Assembly: GCA_045596885.1 (NCBI GenBank)
Contig: JAZODE010000147.1
Coordinates: 465 to 64,464, forward strand
Length of the DNA: 64,000 bases
Source of the DNA: Victivallaceae bacterium
GTDB taxonomy: Bacteria; Verrucomicrobiota; Lentisphaeria; Victivallales; Victivallaceae
Direction: 5' to 3'
Shown here: piece after piece, positions 55,722 to 64,000 of the stretch
Numbering within the stretch: the stretch's first letter is position 1
How the letters are laid out: every line of letters begins with the position of its first letter
Notes under the pieces: generated by a model
What the model was told of the DNA's origin: nothing
Seen by the model: the letters and a program-made list of their open reading frames with translations, nothing else
Database searches by the model: none
Program-made: the position numbers and the translations under genes

Positions 55722-56849
55722 TCAAAAATTCCGTATAAATTCCCAATACTCAGGATTGCCGGTCATCTGATAGGCTTCAAAGAGGATGATACCGTCCATA
55801 AAAGGTTTCCAGCGCTCAAGGGATGGAGCATAAGCGTTGAGCAACCCTTCGGGATCATTGGCAGAAAGAGACATCCAAAGCAGTTTGGAGCTTGCAGTTT
55901 CGCGGTAAAATTCAGGGAACTTTTCAGGACTGTCGTAATTGGGCGGCTGGATATCGTATGCCAGAGCGTCCACAACAGTTCCGTCAGAAAATCTTTCCCA
56001 GTCAAAGAAGTGGTCACCGTAAATATACGGCCCCAACTCAGCGCCGTAGCGCAAACCGAAAAGCAGTTTCCCCGGCTGAGCCGCGATCCGGGCTTTTTCC
56101 ATGAAAGCTGTAAAGTAACTGCCTCGGTGACGCTGCCATGCGACGGTATCGTTCAGATCCCCCTTGAAAGATTCAAGAGCAATGGGGTCATAGCCGTACT
56201 GCCCCCGGCAGCGTCTGTATTCAGAAATTATGAGATCTGTATGTTCTCTGCACCAGGTATTGACATTTTCCTGATCCAATCCCGCCTCTGCCATGGCTTT
56301 TCGTATAAGGGGGGAACGGGAGTGGGTGCGGTTGCACAGATAGATCCCGGCGCCGCCGTAAGAGGCGATCTCGCGGATCTGTCTGAGTTTGAACTCAATT
56401 ACCTCAGGATACACATAAGAAAGTACGCCGCGGTAGTAGCCGGAACCATCCTTTGAGCGCCATGAATACTCCGGATGCGCCTGAGAAATACAAGACTCCC
56501 GTTCCGGGAAGACGGAGTAAGAGGCCTCATCAAACAAAGTCAGCCAGAAGTAGACTTCTATTCCATACTTTCTGCCCATGGCAACGGCCGCAGCGGCAGG
56601 ATCGTATGTTTCCATCACCTTGAGAGCCTTTACCTCAACACTCTGAGGCGCCCCCCCAATGGTATATTTGTCAGGCGTCTTTGAATGATAAAGCAGTTTT
56701 CCGTAAACAGACAAGCGCCACAAAACGGCATTGATCCCGTTTTCAGCGTACCTGGCAAAAAGAGCCTCCATATCCTCAAGGCTGAAGACCGTCTCCTGTT
56801 TCCAGATCAGATCGTAAAAATCCACCGCGATAAACTTTTTCATGTTCAT
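55722..56849 (-). CDS. Hypothetical protein, possibly a glycoside-hydrolase-like TIM barrel
   Basis: The ORF is well supported. Candidate starts are the ATGs at 56849 and 56843, the latter preceded by a GGGGG SD. The functional call rests only on a weak resemblance to GH-like TIM-barrel families. Confidence 0.65.
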   Translation of the reverse strand: MNMKKFIAVDFYDLIWKQETVFSLEDMEALFARYAENGINAVLWRLSVYGKLLYHSKTPDKYTIGGAPQSVEVKALKVMETYDPAAAAVAMGRKYGIEVYFWLTLFDEASYSVFPERESCISQAHPEYSWRSKDGSGYYRGVLSYVYPEVIEFKLRQIREIASYGGAGIYLCNRTHSRSPLIRKAMAEAGLDQENVNTWCREHTDLIISEYRRCRGQYGYDPIALESFKGDLNDTVAWQRHRGSYFTAFMEKARIAAQPGKLLFGLRYGAELGPYIYGDHFFDWERFSDGTVVDALAYDIQPPNYDSPEKFPEFYRETASSKLLWMSLSANDPEGLLNAYAPSLERWKPFMDGIILFEAYQMTGNPEYWEFIRNF

Positions 56850-56969
56850 CCCCCATAAAAAATATCTCTTCTCCCATAAAATAGCATCAAATGTTTTCTT
56901 TTTCAATAATTGCAGCCGGAAAAAAAAATCAAAAGAGACAATATTCTTGAAATTCTTATGGAAGTAAAG

Positions 56970-56998
56970 TTGCAAACTTGCCGGAAAAGGTGTATTTT
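56970..56998 (+). promoter_or_regulatory. Putative promoter of the CE7 esterase / GT2 genes
   Basis: TTGCAA, 17 nt, TATTTT. Confidence 0.45.
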
Positions 56999-57039
56999 AT
57001 AGGATTGACATTAATGAACAAAAGGAGTTTCACCTTTTT

Positions 57040-57999
57040 ATGGATATAGAACACAGTTACCCCTTTGATCCCACCAACGGTATGACTCAAGCGGAACTGC
57101 TGGCAGTTGCCCCCGGAAAAGAGCCGGAAGGGTTCCGGGAGTTCTGGGAAGAAAACTTTGCCCTTGTGGCGAATGCTCCTTTGAGATATGATGTTGAAAC
57201 AGAAGTGTGGTCGCCTGTTCCTGAGGAAAAGATATACAGAGTCAGAGTGACCAATTACGACGGTGTGGAGTTTGTCACCTGGATCACCCGCCCGGAAAAC
57301 TCTCAGGGAGGACTGGTCATCGGTCAGGGGTACGGCAATATTGCCATTCCTTCAGCAAGTCAATATTCTCTGACTGTGTGTTATGCTGCAGTGCGGGGGC
57401 TGGGGCCTTCCCAGTGCAAGGATATCCCCTGGGAGACAAAGAAGCATGTTATTCACGGCATAGGATCCAAAGAAACCTATATCCTGCGCGGCGTCATTGC
57501 CGACCAGTGGATGGCAACGCGGGTGCTGCTTGATATGTACCCGGAGTGTGCCGCAAATTTGAATTACGCAGGCGGCAGTATGGGGGGCGGCATGGGGGCA
57601 TTACTGCTGCCCTGGGAGAAACGGTTCAAAGCGGCATTTCTCCATGTGCCGACCTTTGGTTCTGAAATACGTTTTGAGTACGAATCCACCGGCAGCGGCG
57701 AAGCCTGCCGCAAGTATGTTCTTGAACATCCTGAAGCCCGTCAGGTACTGCAATACTTTGATGCCTCTGTTGCAGCAAAGTACATCCGGATCCCTGTCTG
57801 CTGCACTCCGGCGCTCTTTGATCCCTGTGTGGCACCGGCAGGACAGTTTTCTGTAGTCAATGCCATTGCGGAAGAGTACAAAACAGTATTCATCCGGGAA
57901 ACCGGTCATTTCGCCAGTACCGAGTATGATAAAAAGGTGGAAGAGCAAGTTAAAACATGGTGTACTGAACACTTTTCTTTCCCCTGCCCCAATTTGTGA
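57040..57999 (+). CDS. CE7-family acetyl xylan esterase / cephalosporin-C deacetylase-like
   Basis: AXE1-like N-terminus (FREFWEENF) and nucleophile elbow GGSMGGG. Confidence 0.82.
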   Translation: MDIEHSYPFDPTNGMTQAELLAVAPGKEPEGFREFWEENFALVANAPLRYDVETEVWSPVPEEKIYRVRVTNYDGVEFVTWITRPENSQGGLVIGQGYGNIAIPSASQYSLTVCYAAVRGLGPSQCKDIPWETKKHVIHGIGSKETYILRGVIADQWMATRVLLDMYPECAANLNYAGGSMGGGMGALLLPWEKRFKAAFLHVPTFGSEIRFEYESTGSGEACRKYVLEHPEARQVLQYFDASVAAKYIRIPVCCTPALFDPCVAPAGQFSVVNAIAEEYKTVFIRETGHFASTEYDKKVEEQVKTWCTEHFSFPCPNL

Positions 58000-58011
58000 T
58001 ACACTCTTTCC

Positions 58012-59247
58012 ATGAAATCCAAGTTCCTTCTCAACGGCGGTATAGTGCTTCTGATCGTCCTGTCTATGATCCTGATGCTGAACTATTCCGTCATATTCAG
58101 CTATTTCACATTGGCTTACATGCTGACCATCGCCATTGTCGCCTTTGGTTACAAGCCATGTAAAACCAGGCATACGCCCCCCTGCGATGTACTGGTTCCA
58201 GCCTTTAATGAAGGAAAACATGTTTACAAAACCATCAAGAGCATCATGGCTTCAAATTATCCGGAGTTCCATGTGACAGCCATTGACGACGGTTCCACAG
58301 ACGATACCCGGCAGTGGATCGAAAAAGCCCAAAAAGAGTTCCCATCACTCAATGTCATTTTTTGTGACCGGAACCGGGGAAAAAAGCACGCTCTTGCCGC
58401 CGGGATCAGGGCTTCACACGCGGAGATCATCGTTACTGTTGACAGCGACAGCACTCTTGCCCCGGATTCTCTTGCCAATTTGCTTTGCCCCTTTGCCGAT
58501 CCGAAAGTGGGGGCTGTGGCGGGGAACATCTGCGTTCAAAATCTGGATCGGGGACTCATCCCCAAATTGATGGATATCATCTTTGTCTTTTCATACGAAC
58601 TGCTCCGCAGCTCCCAGAGCCGTTTCGGAGCGGTCCTCTGTACGCCGGGCGCCTTGAGCGCTTACCGCAGAAAAGCGGTGGAGCCCATTCTCAAAGCCTG
58701 GCTTGAGCAGCGTTTTCTGGGTAAGAAGACCTCTATAGGTGAAGACCGTGCTCTGACCTGTATGCTGATCCGGGAGCATTGGCTGATCCGCTATCAGGAG
58801 TCGGCAAAAGCCTACACCAATATGCCTGAAAACTATATTGCCCTGTGCAAGATGCTCCTGCGCTGGGTGCGTGGGGACATTCGGGAAAACATCCTCCTTG
58901 CCCCTTATATTTTCCGGAACCTGTCACTGATGCGCGCAAAATCCGTGGGACTTGCTTTTCACTACATCATCTTCAACATCGGGATCCTTTCTCCCGTGGT
59001 GGTATCCCCCATATTGCTTTGCTATCTCATTATGAATTATCAGGTGGCAAGTCTGGTGCTCTCTTACATGCTGCTTATGACACTGCTCTGGTCGATCCCC
59101 CCCACCATCATCTATGCCCGCAAAAAATCTCTGCGTTACAGTTTTCATGCCTTCACTTACAGTATTTATGCGCTTCTTTTTCTGATGTGGATCCCTCTTT
59201 ATGCGCTTTTCACTCTCAATAATAACCAATGGCTGACCAGAAAATAA
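58012..59247 (+). CDS. Processive family 2 glycosyltransferase, HasA/NodC-like (hyaluronan/chitooligosaccharide synthase architecture)
   Basis: Motifs VLVPAFNE, AIDDGSTDDT, VTVDSDS, GEDRALT and LRW, plus C-terminal NNQWLTRK (compare WGTR in HasA). Multiple TM helices. Confidence 0.85.
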   Translation: MKSKFLLNGGIVLLIVLSMILMLNYSVIFSYFTLAYMLTIAIVAFGYKPCKTRHTPPCDVLVPAFNEGKHVYKTIKSIMASNYPEFHVTAIDDGSTDDTRQWIEKAQKEFPSLNVIFCDRNRGKKHALAAGIRASHAEIIVTVDSDSTLAPDSLANLLCPFADPKVGAVAGNICVQNLDRGLIPKLMDIIFVFSYELLRSSQSRFGAVLCTPGALSAYRRKAVEPILKAWLEQRFLGKKTSIGEDRALTCMLIREHWLIRYQESAKAYTNMPENYIALCKMLLRWVRGDIRENILLAPYIFRNLSLMRAKSVGLAFHYIIFNIGILSPVVVSPILLCYLIMNYQVASLVLSYMLLMTLLWSIPPTIIYARKKSLRYSFHAFTYSIYALLFLMWIPLYALFTLNNNQWLTRK

Positions 59248-59266
59248 AAAATTTTCCTGTGCGCCC

Positions 59267-59295
59267 TTGACAAATCTCTGCAGTAACATTATCTT
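59267..59295 (+). promoter_or_regulatory. Putative dsdA promoter
   Basis: TTGACA, 17 nt, TATCTT. Confidence 0.5.
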
Positions 59296-59315
59296 AAAGA
59301 GCGTATCATTTTAAT

Positions 59316-60554
59316 ATGAAAGGTTGGATCATGCCCGATTGCTTGACTGCGTTGAAGGAGCGCACCCCCTTCTGCTGGCTCAATCCTGATTATGGAAAGA
59401 GTGCCGAACTCCCCTACTCCCTTGCCGATGTTTACGATGCTGAAGCAAGACTTGCCCGCTTTGCGCCCCTTATGGCGGAGCTCTTCGATGAAGCTGCCGA
59501 ACATTTCGGGATCATTGAGTCTGAACTGCTTGACATTCCTGCTCTCTCTCAACTGCTGCTGCCGGGAGCAAAAATGCTTCTCAAAGCTGACCATGACCTG
59601 CCGGTGGCGGGGTCCATCAAGGCACGGGGCGGTATCTATAATGTTTTGTGCTTTGCTGAAAAGCTGTGTCTGGAACAGGGGGTCATCACCCCAAATGACA
59701 ACTATCGCAAACTGGCAACACCTGAAGTCCGTGCTCTTTTCGGGAAGTACACCGTTTCCGTGGGCAGCACGGGAAATTTGGGGCTGAGTATCGGAACCAT
59801 CTCTGCGGCTCTGGGATTCAAAGCAAGAGTCCACATGTCAGCTGATGCAAAAGAGTGGAAGAAGAAACTGCTCCGTTCCCGGGGAGTTGAGGTGATCGAA
59901 TACACGGGAGACTACTCCACTGCTGTAGCGCAGGGGCGTAAGGAAAGCGAAAGCGATCCCTACTCCTTTTTCGTTGATGACGAAAACTCCCACGAACTTT
60001 TTCTCGGCTACTCTGTCGCCGCATTGCGCCTGAAGGAGCAGCTGAAACTGCGGGGGATCACTCCTGACAAGGAACATCCGCTTTTCGTCTACCTGCCCTG
60101 CGGTGTGGGGGGAGCTCCCGGCGGAGTCTGTTTCGGCTTGAAGATGCTTTTCGGTGAAGCGGTCCATTGTTTCTTTGCGGAACCTGTTGAAGCGCCCTGT
60201 GTTCTTCTGGGGCTTGCCACGGGAAAAAATTCAGAGATCAGCGTCTACGATATCGGACTGACCAACAATACACTTGCCGACGGACTTGCCGTGGGCAGAG
60301 CTTCAGGCTTTGTGGGTGGCATCATGCAGACGCTCCTTGCCGGAGCCTACACCTTGACCGATGAAGTGCTCCCCGAACTCCAGAAAAAGACCCGCACTCT
60401 TGAAAAGCTCAAGATCGAACCCTCTGCCGCCGCCGGGTTTCCCGGTCCTGAGATGGTGCTGAAAAGCTCTTTCTGCGACACCATGAAGATCAAAAAAGAG
60501 AACATCTGCCACATCCTCTGGACCACCGGAGGCAGATATCTGCCGGAAGAGTAA
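59316..60554 (+). CDS. dsdA: D-serine ammonia-lyase (D-serine dehydratase)
   Basis: PLP-lysine motif LKADHDLPVAGSIKARGG. DsdA-like length and N-terminus. Confidence 0.88.
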   Translation: MKGWIMPDCLTALKERTPFCWLNPDYGKSAELPYSLADVYDAEARLARFAPLMAELFDEAAEHFGIIESELLDIPALSQLLLPGAKMLLKADHDLPVAGSIKARGGIYNVLCFAEKLCLEQGVITPNDNYRKLATPEVRALFGKYTVSVGSTGNLGLSIGTISAALGFKARVHMSADAKEWKKKLLRSRGVEVIEYTGDYSTAVAQGRKESESDPYSFFVDDENSHELFLGYSVAALRLKEQLKLRGITPDKEHPLFVYLPCGVGGAPGGVCFGLKMLFGEAVHCFFAEPVEAPCVLLGLATGKNSEISVYDIGLTNNTLADGLAVGRASGFVGGIMQTLLAGAYTLTDEVLPELQKKTRTLEKLKIEPSAAAGFPGPEMVLKSSFCDTMKIKKENICHILWTTGGRYLPEE

Positions 60555-60582
60555 CTCTGAAATTTTCTCTCAACTGAAAAGA

Positions 60583-60614
60583 GCTGCTGCAAAACACACC
60601 TGTTTTACAGCAGC
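60583..60614. terminator. Long hairpin between convergent dsdA and DUF4838 genes (probable terminator)
   Basis: Stem gctgctgcaaaaca / tgttttacagcagc with loop cacc and one mismatch. Two further small hairpins follow. The T-run is weak. Confidence 0.5.
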
Positions 60615-60725
60615 CCTTGATCATATATCAAGGCTATATTCCCTTAAAAGGGCTTTTCCCCCGCCCCAACTCCATCAACCTTTTTTACCGACCTTTATCG
60701 GGAACAGCGCCTATATCAAAAGCGC

Positions 60726-63641
60726 TTATTTTTTCTGAAGCAGCATAACAGGCAGATAGATGCCGCCGCCTCTGGCAAAGTCGTTGACTTTAACAGTCAG
60801 ATTGATCTTCTCTCCGGCTTTCAATCCTGCCGGAAGTGTAACAAAGATCGGCTCTTTCCATAAATTTATATTGCCGGCCCGGGAACCGATAAGTTTACCG
60901 TTGACATAGATCCAACCGGATTCATCAATGCCTTCAAAAAAGAGGCAGTGGGTATTTTTTCCGGTCGTGACGGGCATGGTATACTCCAGATGATACCAGG
61001 CGTCGCCGTCAAAGTTGCGGTAGCCCTGATTGTCCCAGTAGCCGATGTTGATCTTTTTCCATTTGGAGTAATCTTTCAGAGCAAAATATTTCTTTTGTGT
61101 CCCCACCACTTCTTTGTCGGTCACAAAGTCCCATTTTTCCAAAGGCAAAGTGGCGATGATCTTATAATTTTTTTTCAGACCGCTCTGGGTGCGATGGCGC
61201 TTGTAATAAGTTTCAGCGTGGTGGAGAAACTGCCTTTTGATGCTTGATTCAGCTCTGTTGGTGGATGTGAGATGCCATTTGATCATGCTCTTGGCATAGG
61301 CGCAGTAGGCGGCAACGACAGAGTGGAGCTTTTTGTAAGTTTCATCGTTGGGCGTATTCTGGAACGCCATTGCAGCATCACAGCTCCGGGCATAATGGCG
61401 TGTCAGTTCCAAATGGAGCTTTTTACGGTGCAGAACTTTAAGGACACGGGCATTGCCCCGGGCAAGTTTTTCCGCCTTCCGGAGGATCGAAGTCAATTTC
61501 TGCAGGACCTGCGGTGTAAAATTGGGCAGATCCCGACGGCCGTACCGGTGGTCATTTTCTTTGTTGAGGAAGACTGATTTGAAAAGCTCATAATATCCGA
61601 TCATGGTTTGCCCGGCAGGACCGTAAAGTTTATCAAAGTAATCCTTTTTGAATTCCTTTTCATCAAACCAGCAATCCCACAGCACCCGGCATCCCAGATA
61701 CTTTATGTAATCATTAAAATCCCAGGGATTGATGTATTCCGCCATATTGCCGGTGATCCCCAACCGGGTGTAGAAACGGTAATCCGCCACAATGGTATGA
61801 TCCAACTGATAACGAGAGTTGAAAGATGTATAGGTATAAGGATGGATATTGATACCGGCATTGAGATCATGCGCCCAGAAAGCCAGATTTTTGGAACCTG
61901 CCGACTCTTCGGCTTTTTTGCCGTAAACCGGGGTGATACAATAATTGTAAAAGATATTGGGCAGAGGCTTCTGGGTAAAGGGACGGCGGGCACTCTGGGC
62001 GTAAGCCATGGTACGCAGGACTTTGTCCTTGTATCCCCTTCTGTCCAGTTCCCGGCGCAGAGCGTTTGCCATGTAGGTCAGACGGTCAGCCATGCAGTCA
62101 GGAGTGTAACCCTGAGGAGGATCCAGTTTGCTGCAGTTGTCACACTGACACCAGCGGCGGGCACCGTCTTCAGGAGAGAGCATCAGATGGTCTGCCATAG
62201 GATAGAGTTTGAAATACCGTTCCGCCTCATCTGCGATAACTTTGATGACCTCAGGGTTGGTGGTGCAGAGCTGGGCGCGTTCCCACACCCATTTTTTCGT
62301 GTCACGCTGATAGCAGAAGTACTCAGGATGACTCTTAAAATACTTGGAAGGTGGAACCAGACGGTGAAAATTGTGTCCGGAAATACCGGGGATATTGCGT
62401 GAGACCCCACCGCGTTTTCCATAAAATTCATCGACTCGTTTCAAAGCCCGTCCATGTCCCAAACGCTTGGCATGCCGTTTGTTGTAAAGGTTGTTAAATT
62501 CTCCCGTCAGGCGGTTTTTCACAGCCCAGTCAGCAATCACATAGGTTTCATCAAGACCGAGGCGGTGGAGACCGCAGTAGTTGACTTCACGGATCTGCAT
62601 GAGTGCTTTTTCATGGTCTTCAAACTCAGGCAGTTCAAATTTGCTGATCCGGGGGACGATGGTATATTCAGGGAAAGGCCCGAAAAAGCGCACGCCGCAT
62701 GCCTTTTCCAAAAAATCGTACACGCCGTAAAGCAGGGCTCTTTCGGTATTGCCGGAAACTGTGATGGTCCTGCCGTCGCCTTTGAGAGTGAATTCTTCAA
62801 ACTTCGCCTTGACGCCGTCGGTGCGAAGCACAAAAGCCGGAACACTTTTCCCCCCGGGAACGATCTTGAAGTCGGCTCCTGTGACCTGTTTCAAATATTT
62901 TGCAAGTTCAGAAGCGGCAAAACGCTCTGTTGCTGAAGGGGCGGCTTTCAGATTGATGGTAAAAGCGCTCTTTCCCTTTTCAGCGATGAGGAATTTTTTG
63001 CTGCCCTTTTTATCAAAGGAGTAAGGCTTGTGTACAGGCGATGCCGGTTTGAGTTTGCCGCTCCAGTCGAGGACAGGGGCGGTCACATCTGAAGCGGGAA
63101 GCAGCCCGATATAACTGACTTCCCCGTCACAAAGTTTTCTTTCAGGAGAGATCCACAATTCAAGGAGTTTCCCCCCGGGGCGGAGTGTCAGATCTTTCTG
63201 TTTGCCGGAAACACGGAAATTGCCCCCCAACGCGCCCATATAACTGTAATTCTGGCGCCGGGTATCCAGCCGGAAAGTGTGGAACTGATCCCCTTTGAGT
63301 TCGACGATGGTGTAGAACCTTTGCGGACTCTTGCCGGGATCCTGTTTCCGCATGGCAATACGGAAAAGCTGGTTCTTTTTGTTGCCGACGGCGCGGAGTT
63401 TAAGTTCAATATAAGGTTTACCGGCAAGATCCATGGGGGATTTAAGAATAAAAACCACCCGGCTGTCATTCTTCGGGAACGACATTTTCAAGACACCGGC
63501 TTTGCTGTCGTGTCTGATCTTTGCGTTGCCGACAACTTTGATGTTTTTTCCGGGAGGGGAGGAAAAGTTTTCAATGGGCTGCGGCGCAGCTCCCAGCAGC
63601 ATCGCAGCTGCCAGAGAAAAAATAATTACAACTCTTTTCAT
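60726..63641 (-). CDS. Secreted DUF4838-family protein with extra N-terminal domain and C-terminal galactose-binding-like (GH2 sugar-binding type) domain
   Basis: Signal peptide MKRVVIIFSLAAAMLLGAA, a CQCDNCSKLD cysteine motif like the 38031 paralog, and a C-terminal DGDAWYHLEY...FFEGIDESGWIYVNG segment. Confidence 0.8.
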   Translation of the reverse strand: MKRVVIIFSLAAAMLLGAAPQPIENFSSPPGKNIKVVGNAKIRHDSKAGVLKMSFPKNDSRVVFILKSPMDLAGKPYIELKLRAVGNKKNQLFRIAMRKQDPGKSPQRFYTIVELKGDQFHTFRLDTRRQNYSYMGALGGNFRVSGKQKDLTLRPGGKLLELWISPERKLCDGEVSYIGLLPASDVTAPVLDWSGKLKPASPVHKPYSFDKKGSKKFLIAEKGKSAFTINLKAAPSATERFAASELAKYLKQVTGADFKIVPGGKSVPAFVLRTDGVKAKFEEFTLKGDGRTITVSGNTERALLYGVYDFLEKACGVRFFGPFPEYTIVPRISKFELPEFEDHEKALMQIREVNYCGLHRLGLDETYVIADWAVKNRLTGEFNNLYNKRHAKRLGHGRALKRVDEFYGKRGGVSRNIPGISGHNFHRLVPPSKYFKSHPEYFCYQRDTKKWVWERAQLCTTNPEVIKVIADEAERYFKLYPMADHLMLSPEDGARRWCQCDNCSKLDPPQGYTPDCMADRLTYMANALRRELDRRGYKDKVLRTMAYAQSARRPFTQKPLPNIFYNYCITPVYGKKAEESAGSKNLAFWAHDLNAGINIHPYTYTSFNSRYQLDHTIVADYRFYTRLGITGNMAEYINPWDFNDYIKYLGCRVLWDCWFDEKEFKKDYFDKLYGPAGQTMIGYYELFKSVFLNKENDHRYGRRDLPNFTPQVLQKLTSILRKAEKLARGNARVLKVLHRKKLHLELTRHYARSCDAAMAFQNTPNDETYKKLHSVVAAYCAYAKSMIKWHLTSTNRAESSIKRQFLHHAETYYKRHRTQSGLKKNYKIIATLPLEKWDFVTDKEVVGTQKKYFALKDYSKWKKINIGYWDNQGYRNFDGDAWYHLEYTMPVTTGKNTHCLFFEGIDESGWIYVNGKLIGSRAGNINLWKEPIFVTLPAGLKAGEKINLTVKVNDFARGGGIYLPVMLLQKK

Positions 63642-63668
63642 GTCAGATCCTTTCTTTCAGTAATTGAT

Positions 63669-64000
63669 TCAGTTATATCCGAGAGTTCCATTCTCAAGCA
63701 TACAGTGCATGAGTGCCCCCAGTGTTGCAGATGTCTTTCTTGAATAATTCCCGTGTTTTCCCCGGGTAATGACAGCAGCGTGTCCGTCAAGGAAAAATCC
63801 GCCCCCCTGCCGTCCGTTCTTATGCCGGAACGAGAGAGTTCCTTTTTTAGCCTTATCTTCCTGGGTCTGCAGTGTAGGATACATTCTGGGATAGCGGCTT
63901 TGAGTTTTTGCCCATCTGCTGTCAGCAAGAATAATAAATTCATCTGTGGTAACGGGCATATTTTTCACTTTACGCCAATGGTTGAATCTTTTTGCATCAA
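63669..64000 (-). CDS. H-X9-DG prepilin-like protein, C-terminal part (N-terminus outside window)
   Basis: The frame stays open to nt 64000. The C-terminal motif LSFRHKNGRQGGGFFLDGHAAVI matches the [YF]RH...DGH ends of the genes at 36096 and 37042. Confidence 0.7.
   Translation of the reverse strand, partial: DAKRFNHWRKVKNMPVTTDEFIILADSRWAKTQSRYPRMYPTLQTQEDKAKKGTLSFRHKNGRQGGGFFLDGHAAVITRGKHGNYSRKTSATLGALMHCMLENGTLGYN

Noticed and set aside
1-64000. Search for rRNA, tRNA, CRISPR arrays, IS elements or prophage genes.
   Set aside because: All non-coding gaps are 410 nt or shorter and are accounted for by promoters, leaders and terminators. I noticed no cloverleaf-like sequence, repeat-spacer periodicity or transposase-like ORF. 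A tRNAscan, Infernal or CRISPR-finder run would be the definitive check.

Overview
This is a 64-kb chromosomal window, about 50% GC by eye, holding about 59 protein-coding genes. I found no rRNA, tRNA, CRISPR array or transposase. The gene content points to a diderm bacterium of the PVC superphylum, possibly Lentisphaerota/Victivallales-like. That placement is an inference from the H-X9-DG prepilin-like genes, the DUF4838 genes, the LPS genes and the many glycan-active enzymes.

Housekeeping blocks:
- A truncated dcw cluster (mraZ-rsmH-ftsL-ftsI) abuts an AT-richer type III restriction Res gene fragment at the left edge.
- hisB sits alone.
- pta and ackA are separated by an oppositely oriented DA1-like LIM/zinc-peptidase gene.
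- The ribosomal alpha-operon region is rearranged: rpmJ-rpsM-rpsK-rpoA-rplQ, then an SGNH hydrolase, HU and adk-map-infA, with no rpsD.
- Other housekeeping genes are lptB-hpf, xerD-lptF/G-tatD-rsmG and leuS.

Accessory content includes GH2, GH36-like, CE7 and alpha/beta-hydrolase genes, a roughly 1030-aa beta-helix protein, two DUF4838 proteins, two AAC(3)-family acetyltransferases, a HasA/NodC-like GT2, dsdA, GT9 and an EptA-like transferase.

Many intergenic regions carry very clear sigma70-type promoters (TTGAAA/TTGACA, 17 nt, TATATT, often TGGTATATTATCA). Several also carry clean rho-independent terminators.

The most unusual signal is in the two complete H-X9-DG prepilin-like genes. Each encodes the prepilin signature FTLIELLV twice in frame, separated by a 28- or 41-codon hydrophilic spacer whose DNA is packed with perfect palindromes. 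In addition, prepilin-like genes are paired with a downstream DUF4838 gene twice in the window, on opposite strands.
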